In this document: positions 48,150-59,402 of the stretch, one piece after another
Numbering within the stretch: the stretch's first letter is position 1
How the letters are laid out: the number at the start of each line of letters is the position of its first letter
NCBI RefSeq assembly: GCF_006345805.1
Contig: NC_042999.1
Span: 106,144,001 to 106,208,000 of the forward strand
Reading direction: 5' to 3'
Source: Octopus sinensis
Lineage: Eukaryota
DNA length: 64,000 bases
Made by a program: the position numbers and the translations under genes
The notes under the pieces: generated by a model
The model's input: only the letters and a program-made list of their open reading frames with translations
Told to the model about the DNA's origin: nothing
The model's database searches: none

Positions 48150-51100
48150 GCCGGCTACGGCTGCTATAATGGTACGATTATAATTGTAACGGCAATGATG
48201 GCTGTCTCCCCACAAGCCAATCGAAGCTCAAAATGATAACATTATCGTAGCACCAAAATGTTTTTGGAAACTAAAAGGAAAACTAAATCAGTATACCAAA
48301 TCGCTTGTCCTATGGTTAATCTGGAAGCGATCGAAAGTCATCAACTGGCACAAACTCTTCTCTGAATACGGACATGGACGGTCACTTGAACGGGAAATTC
48401 CCCAACTCGAGCCCACCAAGTTCACCACCACAACCACCACATAAAGAAAAAATGTAAGCGGAGCAAAAGGACCCGAGAAGAGTATAAAGAAGTAACATAC
48501 GCTTATTACTATGAATTAGGTAGGCCATCTCAAGAGAGACACACCACAAACTCTTACAGTATATGGAGAACGCGAAATCAAGACAGTAGGCCCTATTTGG
48601 ACTACAACAAATTGGCAAATGTGAGGAGGGATATCCTTAGAAATAACAGACTCACAGACAGTAAAATAAACGCGATCAAGCACGCAACAGAAAATGACAT
48701 AAACATAAGACACAAAGGAAATGAAGAATTAGATGAACAGTATAGCCCGCCACGAGGCTTAATTGAAAGACTGCCATCTGACCAAAGTACGCAAAGGCAT
48801 GAAGATACAAGTAATTCTATTGAACCTGTTAAAGATAGCCAGGAAAATGATAAAACAACAGTAACTGAAGATCTCGCATTTGCTGAAGAACACAGAGAGT
48901 CTATGGCAGAAATGAGGCAGAAAATCCTGAATTGAAGTTGTAAGACATAAAAGTATGAATGATAGAGAGCCACTTCATAAACTCTCAAATACAAACCAAA
49001 ATAAAAAACAAATCAAAATTGGCAACTATGTAACAAATGAAATAATACAAGAATTAAAACCTGATTTTACTGAGTTAAATGAAATTATTTACGCTACTGA
49101 TAGGACAATTGAAACCAGTTGTATTCCCCCGAAAAAACAAAGAAAACCAAACCTGGGAAGAAATCAAACCTGGAGAAGTAAATTTGAAAAAGAGATTGAA
49201 TTTATGAGAGGGGAAATATCAATATTAAATGAACTAATATGGGGAAATGATGTAAGATCCAGAACAAGAAGAAAGATGAAGAGAAAATTTGGATCCTCAC
49301 CCAGAGAAGAACTGATATCAATAAAAGAAACGCTGAAACAAAAAGTCCAAGCAAAAGCCCAAAGAATACGAAGATTTGAAAAGAGAAACAAGTTTTACAA
49401 GCAAAATAAGCTGTTCATATCCAATGCTAAAAAATTCTACAGAGAAATAGGGAAGGAGAAAGTAACCGTTAAAGACCCCCCTCCCATGGAAGAAGTTCAA
49501 AACTTTTGGAAAAGGATTTGGAGTGACAAGTAAACGCACAACATAAATGCGGACTGGATTATACAAACAGAAGGAACCTACCAAAATTTACAACAACAAG
49601 CATGGGAAGACATCACAATAGCAGACCTAAGAAAGGCACTCACGAAGGCCCATAATTGGAAATCCCCCGGTAAAGATAGGGTGCCGAATTTCTGGCTCAC
49701 ATCGCTCCCGTGCGCACACAGTAAGCTAGTTCAGCTGCTCAATGGAATTATGAGAGACCCAAAGAATAACGAAACCAACCTTCCAAAAAATTATCGGCCT
49801 ATAACCTGTCTATCCACCACGTATAAAATCCTAACATCTATCCTGGTGGAGAAAACATATGCATTCATGGAGAAGAACGATATTTTCCCCATTGAACAAA
49901 AAGGGTGCCGCCGAGGCTCATGCGGATGCAAAGATCAACTGCTAATTAATCGTATGATCCTTGAGAACTGTCACAACAAGCGCAGAAATGTCAGCTCCGC
50001 ATGGATTGACTATAAAAAGGCCTTCGACAGTATACCGCATTCATGGATCTTGAGATCGCTGGACATCTTCAAAATTTCCCCTGTGATTTCAAGCTTCCTG
50101 AAGCACAATATGTTGTTCTGGAATACGAATCTCCAATTATACCACTCTAATGGAGTACTTGCCTCAGAGAATATAAACATCAACTGTGGAATTTTTCAAG
50201 GTGACTCACTTTCACCTTTAATATTCTGCATAGCCCTAATACCCCTTACAAGTGAATTAAACAGAACATGGGATTGGGTATAAAATTGCCAATAAAAAAA
50301 AGCCATCTATTTTATATGGATGATTTAAAACTCTATTTTAAAAACGATAATGAACTTGAAGGCCTATTGCGCACTGTGAAAGCATTCAGCGATGAAATCG
50401 GGATGGAGTTTGGACTTGAGAAGTGTGCCAAGGCCACTTTCCAGAAAGGGAAAGTGAAGACCACAAATTCAGTCGTGTTAGATGTTGACACAGTCATAAG
50501 GGAGCTTGAGCAAGAACAAACATACAAATATTTAGGGATAAATGAAGGCTCTGGTATTCAGCATGCAAGCATGAAAGAGAATATCAGGAAGGAATGTTAT
50601 AGGAGAGTTCGTGCAGTCCTGAAATCGGACCTAAATGCACGTAACAAGGTGTTAGCTATAAATTCCTCAGTTCCAGTTGTTACTTATAGCTACAATGTGT
50701 TAAACTGGAATATGAGTGAAGTGAAGAATATAGATAGGAAAATACGCAAGCTGCTGAGTTGTAATAGGATGCACCACCCAAAGGCAGACGTAGATCGCTT
50801 TTACCTTCCCAGAGCCCAAGGAGGTCGAGGCCTGATCCAATTTGAACTAGCTTACAAAACAACCACAATGGGACTGGCCAAATATCTTGAAATAACGAAT
50901 GACTGGATGCTAAAGCTCGTGGAAAATCACGAGAGACGAAAGAAGCTTCATTCTATCATAAAGGAAAGCAAACAATTTGCTATTGATCTCGTGCAGGATA
51001 CTCAAAGTGAACAACCCGAGGAAAGTACGGCAACTATTGTTGCAAAGAAGGTGAAAATAATGGCAACGAAAAAAGCGCACGAGCAATTGGCTGATAGGTG

Positions 51101-52021
51101 GGAAGAGAAACCTCTGCACGGCAAATATGTTGCTCGCAGCAAACAAGCTGATGTTGACCAGAAGCAAACCCATCAGTGGCTACGGAGCTCAGGGCTAAGC
51201 GCAGAGAGTGAAGGTTTCATCCTGGCTGCTCAAGATCAAAGCCTATTAACCCGGAACTACCAGGCCAATGTGATGAAAAATGGAGCAGACCCCAAATGCC
51301 GATTCTGCAACGACATGATTGAAACAGTGGACCACCTAATCTCTGGATGTAAAGTCTTAGCACCAGTGGAGTATAAATTAAGACATGACAGAGTTGGCCA
51401 ATATCTACACTGGCTAATAAGTCGGCATTACAATATCAAAACTGCCAACAATGAAACTGAAGCTGTAACTGAAGGAGAAAATGTAACCATTCTGAGGGAC
51501 TTTCCAGTACATACAGACCGAACCATCAAAGCCAATAAACCAGATATTGTTGTGAAAGACCAAAACAATAAAGTTTGCTTATTGATCGACATGAGCATCC
51601 CCTGTGATCATAATATCTCGGCGAAAGAGTTTGACAAGCTCAGAAAATATAAAGACCTGCTCACTGAAATTGAGAAAATGTGGCATCTCATGGCGGTTAC
51701 AATACCAGTGATCGTAGGAGCACTAGGAATGATCAAGAAGGGAACCGAAAATTATATGAGAATGATCCCTGGCTTACCATCCCTGCAAGAAGTGCAAAAG
51801 ATTGACTTAACTGGTACATCATACGTATTGAGAAGAGCATTGTCGATGTGAGAACTATTACTACCCATGTATTTTAATTTAACGTAAAAAAAATGAACGA
51901 TCTAGTGAGTTTAGTTTAATGGCCTACCAATGTATACTATGAGTTTCTTTGCCCTAGGAGTCAGGAAGACACTCGGCAAGAAATGGAAGCAAATTTGAAA
52001 GAAGAAGGAAAAAAAGATTAC

Positions 52022-52022
<1 letters not shown>
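48150..52022 (+). mobile_element. Near full-length, relatively young R4/Dong-clade non-LTR retrotransposon (single ORF: RT plus REL endonuclease)
   Basis: Starts after a degenerate (AAT/GAT)n tract and ends in a 3' UTR followed directly by (AAT)n; contains the ORF described in the next feature. The 5' boundary is approximate. Confidence 0.92.
48456..51851 (+). pseudogene. Disrupted RT-REL polyprotein ORF
   Basis: TREEYKEVTYAYY; AKAQRIRRF; WKSPGKD; NYRPITCL; EQKG; WIDYKKAFDS; GIFQGDSLSP; HLFYMDDLKLY; YKYLGI; CCHC knuckle CRFC-x7-H-x4-C; RHD; KPDIVV...LIDMSIP...KY. Stops at 48933 and 49531, a frameshift near 50270, and short deletions near 49760 and 51447. Confidence 0.92.
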
Positions 52023-52074
<52 letters not shown>

Positions 52075-52146
52075 TAATAATAATAATAATATAATAATAA
52101 TAATAATAATAATAATTATTATTATTATTATTATTAATATTATTAA

Positions 52147-52197
<51 letters not shown>

Positions 52198-52226
52198 CAT
52201 TATTATTATTATCATTATTATTATTA
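52023..52226. repeat. (AAT)n followed by (ATT)n, an inverted microsatellite pair
   Basis: Strand switch at about 52115. Confidence 0.9.
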
Positions 52227-52229
52227 TAA

Positions 52230-52780
52230 GACCCACATACACTGGAAGCTCTGCCTATGCCAACACTATAGAATGACAATAGAGAAAAAATTATACGCAT
52301 ATACGAGAAAAGGTCTCAGAAAATTTCATAGCAAACATACTCTGGGACATGCCAACACACAAATAGACCGATTGAGACTAATAGAACAGATATAGTGTCG
52401 AAGATCATCACGATAATTGCCTTCCAATCGACGTATCGATCCCAACAGAAGACAATCTATCTCTAAGATAAACGGAGAAAATCTCGAAATACAAACATCT
52501 GGAAATAGAGATAACCTGAATGTGGAGCCTAAAAACCGAAGCATTACTTATGAAAATAGGTGCGTCGAGACTAGTTAAAAAATAAACAAATACGTAACAA
52601 AATACCAGGACTTACGACTATATATCACATATAGAAAATAGCACTGCTAGACACCACACATATCCTATGTAAGGCACTCTCAATATAGTCAAATTAAAAG
52701 CACCACAACCAGCCAAAGCATATATCCAAGGCACACAGACCTACCCTCGCCATTGCATTCAAAGCACGCAAAAAAAAAAC
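52230..52780 (+). mobile_element. Internally deleted R4/Dong-like relic
   Basis: KIALLDTTHILCKALSI* (~52636-52689) matches the REL-ORF C-terminus and is followed by an A-rich tail; the A-rich 5' part loosely resembles the N-terminal region of the 41 kb copy. Confidence 0.55.
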
Positions 52781-52805
52781 AATACCAATGTGTTATATAT
52801 ATATA

Positions 52806-53436
52806 TATGCCCACTGTGGTCTCCTCACACAAGACAAAACATCTCCAGAATTGAGTCACCCCAGAGGGCTCTCACTAAACAAATTGAAGGCATGGCTGCT
52901 CTCGACTATTGGGATCGCCTTAAAGCCTTGAAACTTTACTCCCTCCAGCGTCGCCGTGAGCGGTACATCATTTGTACGATGTGGAAAATATACCGCCAAC
53001 TTTGCCCAAATGACCTAAACATTAGCTTCAAGTTTCATCCGAGACTTGGACCACGGGCTATACGTCCCCTGCCAAATTCAAGATCACAACATACATGTAC
53101 ACTGCAACATAATTTCTTTTCCTCAACAGGCCCTGCCCTATTTAACATTGTCCCGAGGGAGATCAAAGAGGAAAAGGATCCCATCAACTTCAAACAGAGT
53201 CTGGATAGATTCCTTCAAAGAATACCAGACAAGCCACCCATAATTGGATACAACTCACCCAACAAGAACTCACTACTTGAACAAAACTGGATACAACTCA
53301 CCCAACAAGAACTCACTACTTGAACAAAACTTGACTTAAACAGGATTCGAATAATCCTATCAGGTGGTGCTATTAAGTTAGACATGGCCTGGACCAATCT
53401 CTGGTCGAAACATATCTAAGTTTTATCTAAGTTTTT
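52806..53436 (+). mobile_element. 3' end of a CR1-clade LINE
   Basis: CPLWSP...IESPQRALTK...LDYWDRLKALKLYSLQRRRERY...GPALFN..P...FKQSLDRFLQRIPDKP...NSL; 3' hairpin GACC-N7-GGTC and tandem tail TATCTAAGTTT x2; internal 43-bp tandem duplication 53245-53330. Confidence 0.88.
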
Positions 53437-53453
53437 ATATATATATATAATAT

Positions 53454-53515
<62 letters not shown>

Positions 53516-54534
53516 TATAAACAAACATATATAAAGACAGGAAGATGGAGGGAGAGAGATCGAATGAGAGAGAGGAGTATAGATGGATAAAATATCCGTC
53601 GGTTAGATACTCTTATGCTACTGTATTGAGTGAGCTCTGCAATTATTACATATCTACAAGTTTTTTTGCTACTAGTTAGATTTGGTTGTGGGGAAGAATA
53701 TAAAGGTACAATGATCGTTTCCATCGTTACATAATGCAGCAGAAAATTAAATAGTTCACAAAATGTTGACTTTTGTATTTAAAAAAAGTTTGCTAAGAAA
53801 GTCATTAATGAACACAAGTAATTCACGTAAAGTGTTTTCTTGAAACAGTCTGAAGAAGGAAGACAATTGTTCTTTCAACAATTTTTGAAGATTTTTATTT
53901 TATTTTACCGTGTTCAATGTGTCTGTCAATAGAAACCGATTTCGTTTTTCCTTTTTTTAATATTGTTTTTACTTTCATTCTATTCAAATCTTTATCTGTA
54001 TACAAGTACAATAAAGACGGCGTTGTTCTTAAAATATTTGGCTTTTTCAGTTTCCTTTTTACAGAAACAATAAAAGTTTTTTTCATGATTTAGGTTCAGA
54101 AAACTTGTCTGCCTGAAACATTGCCAAGCAGTAACAATATATGTTACAAATGTAGCTGAAACGAGTAGTAGGAAATCTTTGGATGCTGTGCCTCTAGAAT
54201 AGGTGTTTCACCGGCAATACTGACGCCTGTTATAATCGCGACAATTGAGGTAGAGGCATCACAATACCTATCAAAAATACGTACTGCCGAATGAACAGAA
54301 ATACAGTCCATAAACAAACGGAAGAAGAGAAAGGCCAATTCAAGATAGACAATATTTTCTTAGAGGTGTATAAAAAGAAAATTGGAAATTTATACATTGC
54401 GAGTGTGAACTTCTGAACCCGTTAATTAGGTGATATACAGCACCCTTCAACATCACTAAAAGATGTTAGGTGCATGTCAGGAAACGGAATGCAGCATTGA
54501 AGCATAGAGTCAGCATCAGGAAGAGAAAGATGAC

Positions 54535-54760
54535 CGAATAAACAGATGAGAAAACGAATGTTTAATGGGGACAACTCGCACTTCTTTATAACCACAAGGA
54601 AAAAGGTATGGAAGGATACTCATGAGGAAATAATAGGAAAAAATGAGTAATCTCCTATTTATTAATGATTTAAAGCTTTACAGTAAATAAAAGAACCAAC
54701 TGAAATACTTTGTGAAAAATTTATGAATATTTAGTAACGATATTTTGATGACATCAAGAA
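54535..54760 (+). mobile_element. Old RT fragment of an R4/Dong-like element
   Basis: RMFNGDNS...SNLLFINDLKLYSK...IFSNDI aligns by eye with GIFQGDSL...SHLFYMDDLKLY...AFSDEI of the 48-52 kb copy. Confidence 0.6.
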
Positions 54761-54959
54761 TTAAATAAGAAATACTAAATGACAGATACGGCAGTTATTT
54801 TTTGTCATCCTCATAACGATCATGATCATGATCATGATCACCATCATCATCATCTTTAAGGTAGATAGACAGATAGATAGATACATAGATATATATGTAC
54901 ATACATGTGTATATGTATGTGTTTGTTTGTTTGTGTGTGCGCGTGTGTTTGTGTGTGAG

Positions 54960-55135
54960 TGTACTTGACAACAAGTGCTGTGTTTTTTTAACCTGCATAA
55001 CTTATTGCTTCGGTAAGAGGGAGTGGAATGATGGGTACAGAGTTTAAAAACAAGTACTGGGACCGACATTTTCGATTGAAACCTTGAAGACGGTAACCCC
55101 ATCCTGCAGCAGTCAAATAAATAAAATAAATTTAA
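54960..55135 (+). mobile_element. Degenerate SINE family A 3' half
   Basis: CTTGACAAC...GTGCTGTG...AAGTACTGGGACCGA...GCAGTCAAAT plus an A-rich tail, following a (TG)n tract as at 4395-4620. Confidence 0.45.
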
Positions 55136-56319
55136 GATCAAAGATAGAAATGGGAAAAATTGAAACATTTCCAACTTGTCACAAATTTGGAATTATTAAG
55201 ACTGGACTAAGAAGCGTACGAGAGAATGTATGTTTAGCGCGAAGGCCATCACTAATCGTCCAATCCATTTTCCAAACGAATTTGCTGAAAACCCAGTCAT
55301 GCGGACTCTGAAATTCCAAACATTTCCGGTTGTTCTTTTCTCTCTGCGATCATCGTAGCACTGAGAGTAGGACGTATAAATACATGTTGCCTAGGCTCAC
55401 TCTGGAAGTAGGGTGGTCTCTCCATTGAACTCAGCACGATAGGTTTCGATGAGATTTTCAACGCATACGTCTTATCACACATCGTTAGTGAATATGACTT
55501 CTTCCTATTTCTTACTCAAAACGGAGTATGGTCGGTCGCTTTTGATGTAATTTTGAAAATGCTAGAGCCTTAAGAAATGGCCAATAATCCCGTGTACGAA
55601 CAGTAACTTCTTGCTCCTGGACGTAAAGATTAGTGAAGATTAAGCGTTAAGTATAGACAGTTTGGGGTTCAGCTTGATAGTTTCGGGACATTACGACGAA
55701 CTTTTGTGAGAATACCTGGGCCCCAACGAAAATCATCTTACGGGTCTGTTCTGAGTGACTTAAGGTTGAATACCATGAATAATTATCATTGATTGAGAAA
55801 GCAGTGCATGTCATCATGACTACCTGTCTAAGGGTACACCCATCTAAGTGTATACCCGTCATGACTACCTGCCCAAGGCTACACAAAGCACATGTAGCAC
55901 AAACTTATGTGCGCAACATGGTAATCGTATTTCAAGATAAACAGCGCATGACATTTCAGGTAAGGCCCAGTTAGAATTTTCTTCAGGCTGAGTAGCCCAT
56001 CACGCTCAAAAGATCTCTTAATAAGGTTTGTTTAAGGATGTTGAACGAAGCACCCATGTTTCCAGAGGAGAATTATTCAAACCACAAAGAATTCCTCTCA
56101 CCACATGGCTATGATGCTTGTGATCCGTGATGCACATATTATTAGCCACTAAGGGATATGCTCAATTGGTTAAGGTCAAACAGTGACAGGCAAATCTGTG
56201 GTATTGAGCAGAATGCTTACTGTAGCGCATCATACTGTACCGAGACAAAACATGTACATTATAAAACCTCATGATTATTATTAGGTTATTGTTTTCAGAT
56301 TCCACATTCTAGTTACTTA

Positions 56320-56363
<44 letters not shown>

Positions 56364-56446
56364 TAGTAGTAGTAGTAGTAGTAGTAGTTTGTAGTAGTAG
56401 TAGTAATAGTAGTAGTAGTAGTAGTAGTTTGTAGTAGTAGTAGTAA

Positions 56447-56491
<45 letters not shown>

Positions 56492-56818
56492 CAGCAGCAG
56501 CAGCACCATTTCGCTGAATCATGGGTTCGACAGCCTGACCCTGCGGCGTGCTGTGTTTTTGGACAAAGTCTATTTCACGGTGCTCTGCGATCATATGGAC
56601 ATCAATCGTGTTGCACACTTATACAATTTTACAGGTGATGTCGATTTGATGGAGGGAGTGAGCTAATGCATGCCGCCCGCATTTGATCACTAAAAACAGA
56701 CAATTTGTGCATGTGGTTCAACAAAAACTGAACACACATACGTCACAAGAGATTCTATAATCATCATAATCATGATTATGATCATCACCATCATTATAAT
56801 TATTTTTGTTTTAATAAT

Positions 56819-56913
<95 letters not shown>

Positions 56914-57684
56914 GTCTCCATCCTTGTCATTATTATCGACTTGGTTCCCTTCTAAATTATTCATGAATCCATTTGTTTGATCCTTAGTAAAGAAAAAAAT
57001 CCGTTATGATTCTGAGCCCATTAGCATATTTTATTAATTAAAATTGCTGTTAAGTTAGTAGACGGACAGTTTAAATCTGTTAATCCATTTACACATTTGA
57101 TAAATTAATACTGTTGTTTTGAGAACTAGACTATTAACTAACAGTATGTTATCACATCGCTGGTAGAACAGACAGTGCCTGAGATTTTTCAATTAACTGA
57201 CAATAGACCTGTCTGATAGTTTGTAATTTAATATTATGCGATCGATAAAGCGTATTCCTCTAATTATTATAGGAAACAGACATAGAATGTTTCTTAAAAT
57301 AAGGAAAATACATATCCATGCTCATATAATGAATCATCCATTATTGGCCAACATTCATCAACGCCAAATAATTAAATACAATATTCATATTTTTCTCATT
57401 ACCTCCACTAATATACTCTAGATACAAGAGGAAAATATTTCATCAATGAGGGCTCTTGCACTAAAGCAGCAGCAATTTCATGCTAGAAACAAAATAAAAA
57501 TACATCTGTTATTTACATTATACTTCATTCTTTAAATTGAAGTAAATCATTATTTGCTTACTGGTATCTTCTAGTATAAATACTCTCAGGCAATCTATAT
57601 AATCTGTATAGGTTTTTTTAAAAGAAATACTGAATATACCTTCTACGTATTAATATTTTCTTAAAATTTTCTCTAAAACGAAAC

Positions 57685-58076
57685 GGCGAGCTGGCAGAAA
57701 CGTTAGAACGCCGGGCGAAATGCGTAGCCGTATCTTATCTGCCGTTACCTTCTGAGTTCAAATTCCGTCGAGGTCGACTTTACCATTCATCCTTTCGAGG
57801 TCGATAAATTAAGTACCAGTTACGCACTGGGGGTCGATGTAATTGACTTAATCCGTTTGTCTGTACTTGTTTGTCCCCTCTGTGTTTAGCCCCATGTGGG
57901 TAATAAAGAAATAGGCATTTCGTTTGCTTTTACGTTCTGAGTTCAAATTTTGCCGAGGTCAACATTGCCTTTCATACTTACAGGGTCGATTAAATAAGTA
58001 CCAGTACGCATTGGGGTCGATGTAATCGATTAAATCCACTTGTTTGTCCACTCTCTATTTATCCCCCTGTGGGCAA
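57685..58076 (+). mobile_element. tRNA-derived SINE (family B) with a second tandem 3' module
   Basis: GGCGAGCTGGCAGAAACGTTAG...GAGTTCAAATTCC...GTCGATAAATTAAGTACCAG...GTGGGTAATAAAG, then the body repeats from ~57915. Confidence 0.9.
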
Positions 58077-58084
58077 GTCTTCTT

Positions 58085-58600
58085 CAAAAGTCGAAGACTG
58101 AAAGTGCATATTCTCAGAAAATATTCTGAATCTACTTCGCTTTCACTTCTCATAGTGTTTGAGGAGAAATATGTTTGCAGGTTATTAACATCACACCCTG
58201 GAGGAATGAATAAGATGATAGGAGAATATCATCAAATTTATACAAAGCTATTTGATTATATATTCTTCTTTCTCTCTTTTTCTTACCTTTTTTCTGTCGT
58301 CTTCTTTTTCTGTTTTTTTTCTGTCTTTTTGTTGTCTTTTTCCTGTTTTCTTCTTTTCGCCTGTTATAAAATTGTAACTTAAAAACTGAGGATGTTATCC
58401 CATCAACGTGTGGACCCTGGTTGCTCTCGTTCATACTTTACGATTAAATTTCTGTAATTTTGAATTTTTATCACTTCTAATTTTGAACTTGACAAAGACA
58501 GACGTACTGTTGAAATATCGTCCAACTAATAAAATATCTTACAATCGAATCGCGCTCTTCGTCTTGACTGTTTACCTTTGTGAAGAGTTACGTCAATCCT
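58085..58600 (+). mobile_element. 3' end of a Penelope-like element (GIY-YIG C-terminus plus terminal-repeat region)
   Basis: LKVHIL...FEEKYVCRLLTSHPGGMNK resembles the E-x2-W/Y-I-x2-L-x-T-x2-P-x-G-L/M-N end of PLE GIY-YIG domains; followed by a T-rich UTR, a hammerhead motif and AATAAA. Confidence 0.65.
58483..58525 (+). ncRNA. Minimal type I hammerhead ribozyme, U3-A8 core variant
   Basis: TTGAAC (helix I) - TTGACAA (core with C3U/G8A) - extra A - GACAG/ACGTA/CTGTT (helix II) - GAAA - TA - TC (cleavage site) - GTCCAA (helix I', 5 of 6 pairs). Confidence 0.6.
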
Positions 58601-58609
58601 TTTTTAAAA

Positions 58610-58651
<42 letters not shown>

Positions 58652-58654
58652 ATC

Positions 58655-58865
58655 GACAAGCTGAGAGAATCGTTTGTACGCTAGACGAAATGCTTAACTG
58701 TATTGCACCCGTCTCTACGTTCTGAGTTCAAATTCCGCGAAGGTGCACTATTTTCTTTCATCCTTTCGTTGTCGTGAAAACAAGTACCAGTTAAACACTG
58801 GGATCGATGGAATCGACTCGTCCCCCCTCCAAAATGGCTGCCCTTGTGGCAAAATTTGAAACATT
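58655..58865 (+). mobile_element. Degenerate SINE (family B-related)
   Basis: GAAATGCTTA...TACGTTCTGAGTTCAAATTCCGCG...CTTTCATCCTTTCG...AAGTACCAGTT...GCCCTTGTGGCAAAATTTGAAAC. Confidence 0.8.
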
Positions 58866-59402
58866 TATCATTATTATTCGTACTTGATTTATCTCTTGTA
58901 AATCTAACCTTTTAATTTGTGTCTCCAAATGTTGTATATTGTTTAATTTATTACAATACGTTTTCAAAACGATCACCTTTGCATAGTTTCAGTTGGTTTC
59001 GTTGGTTGTGGTGCCCATTTTCTTTCCAAATCAGAAAAGAAATTATTGATTTTGTTATGAAACAAAAGTAATATCGAAAACAAACGTGTTGACACCAAGC
59101 TTTCTAAGTGACATGGAAGAGGAAGTAAGAGGCCTCCCTTCTACCCGCAAAGCGGGGCGAGCACCCACCAAGTTGAAAGTACAGTGGACCACACTGCCAC
59201 TATGACAACAAACGGCAGCAGCAACAGCAGCAACAACACAGTTCGGGTGTACCAATTATGAAGCTGATCTCCCCACAATAAATGCGTCAATGTCAAAAAC
59301 ATCAATAAACAGCAGCAACCCTAAATCTACGAACAATGGCTGCAATGTACAGCGTCATTTGCTTGGTTGCCAAAGTAAGTGGCTAGTTATGGGATTCGTT
59401 TA

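Noticed and set aside
48150-48260. HDV-like ribozyme at the 5' end of the R4/Dong element
   Set aside because: GC-richer start, but I could not fit the nested double pseudoknot by eye.
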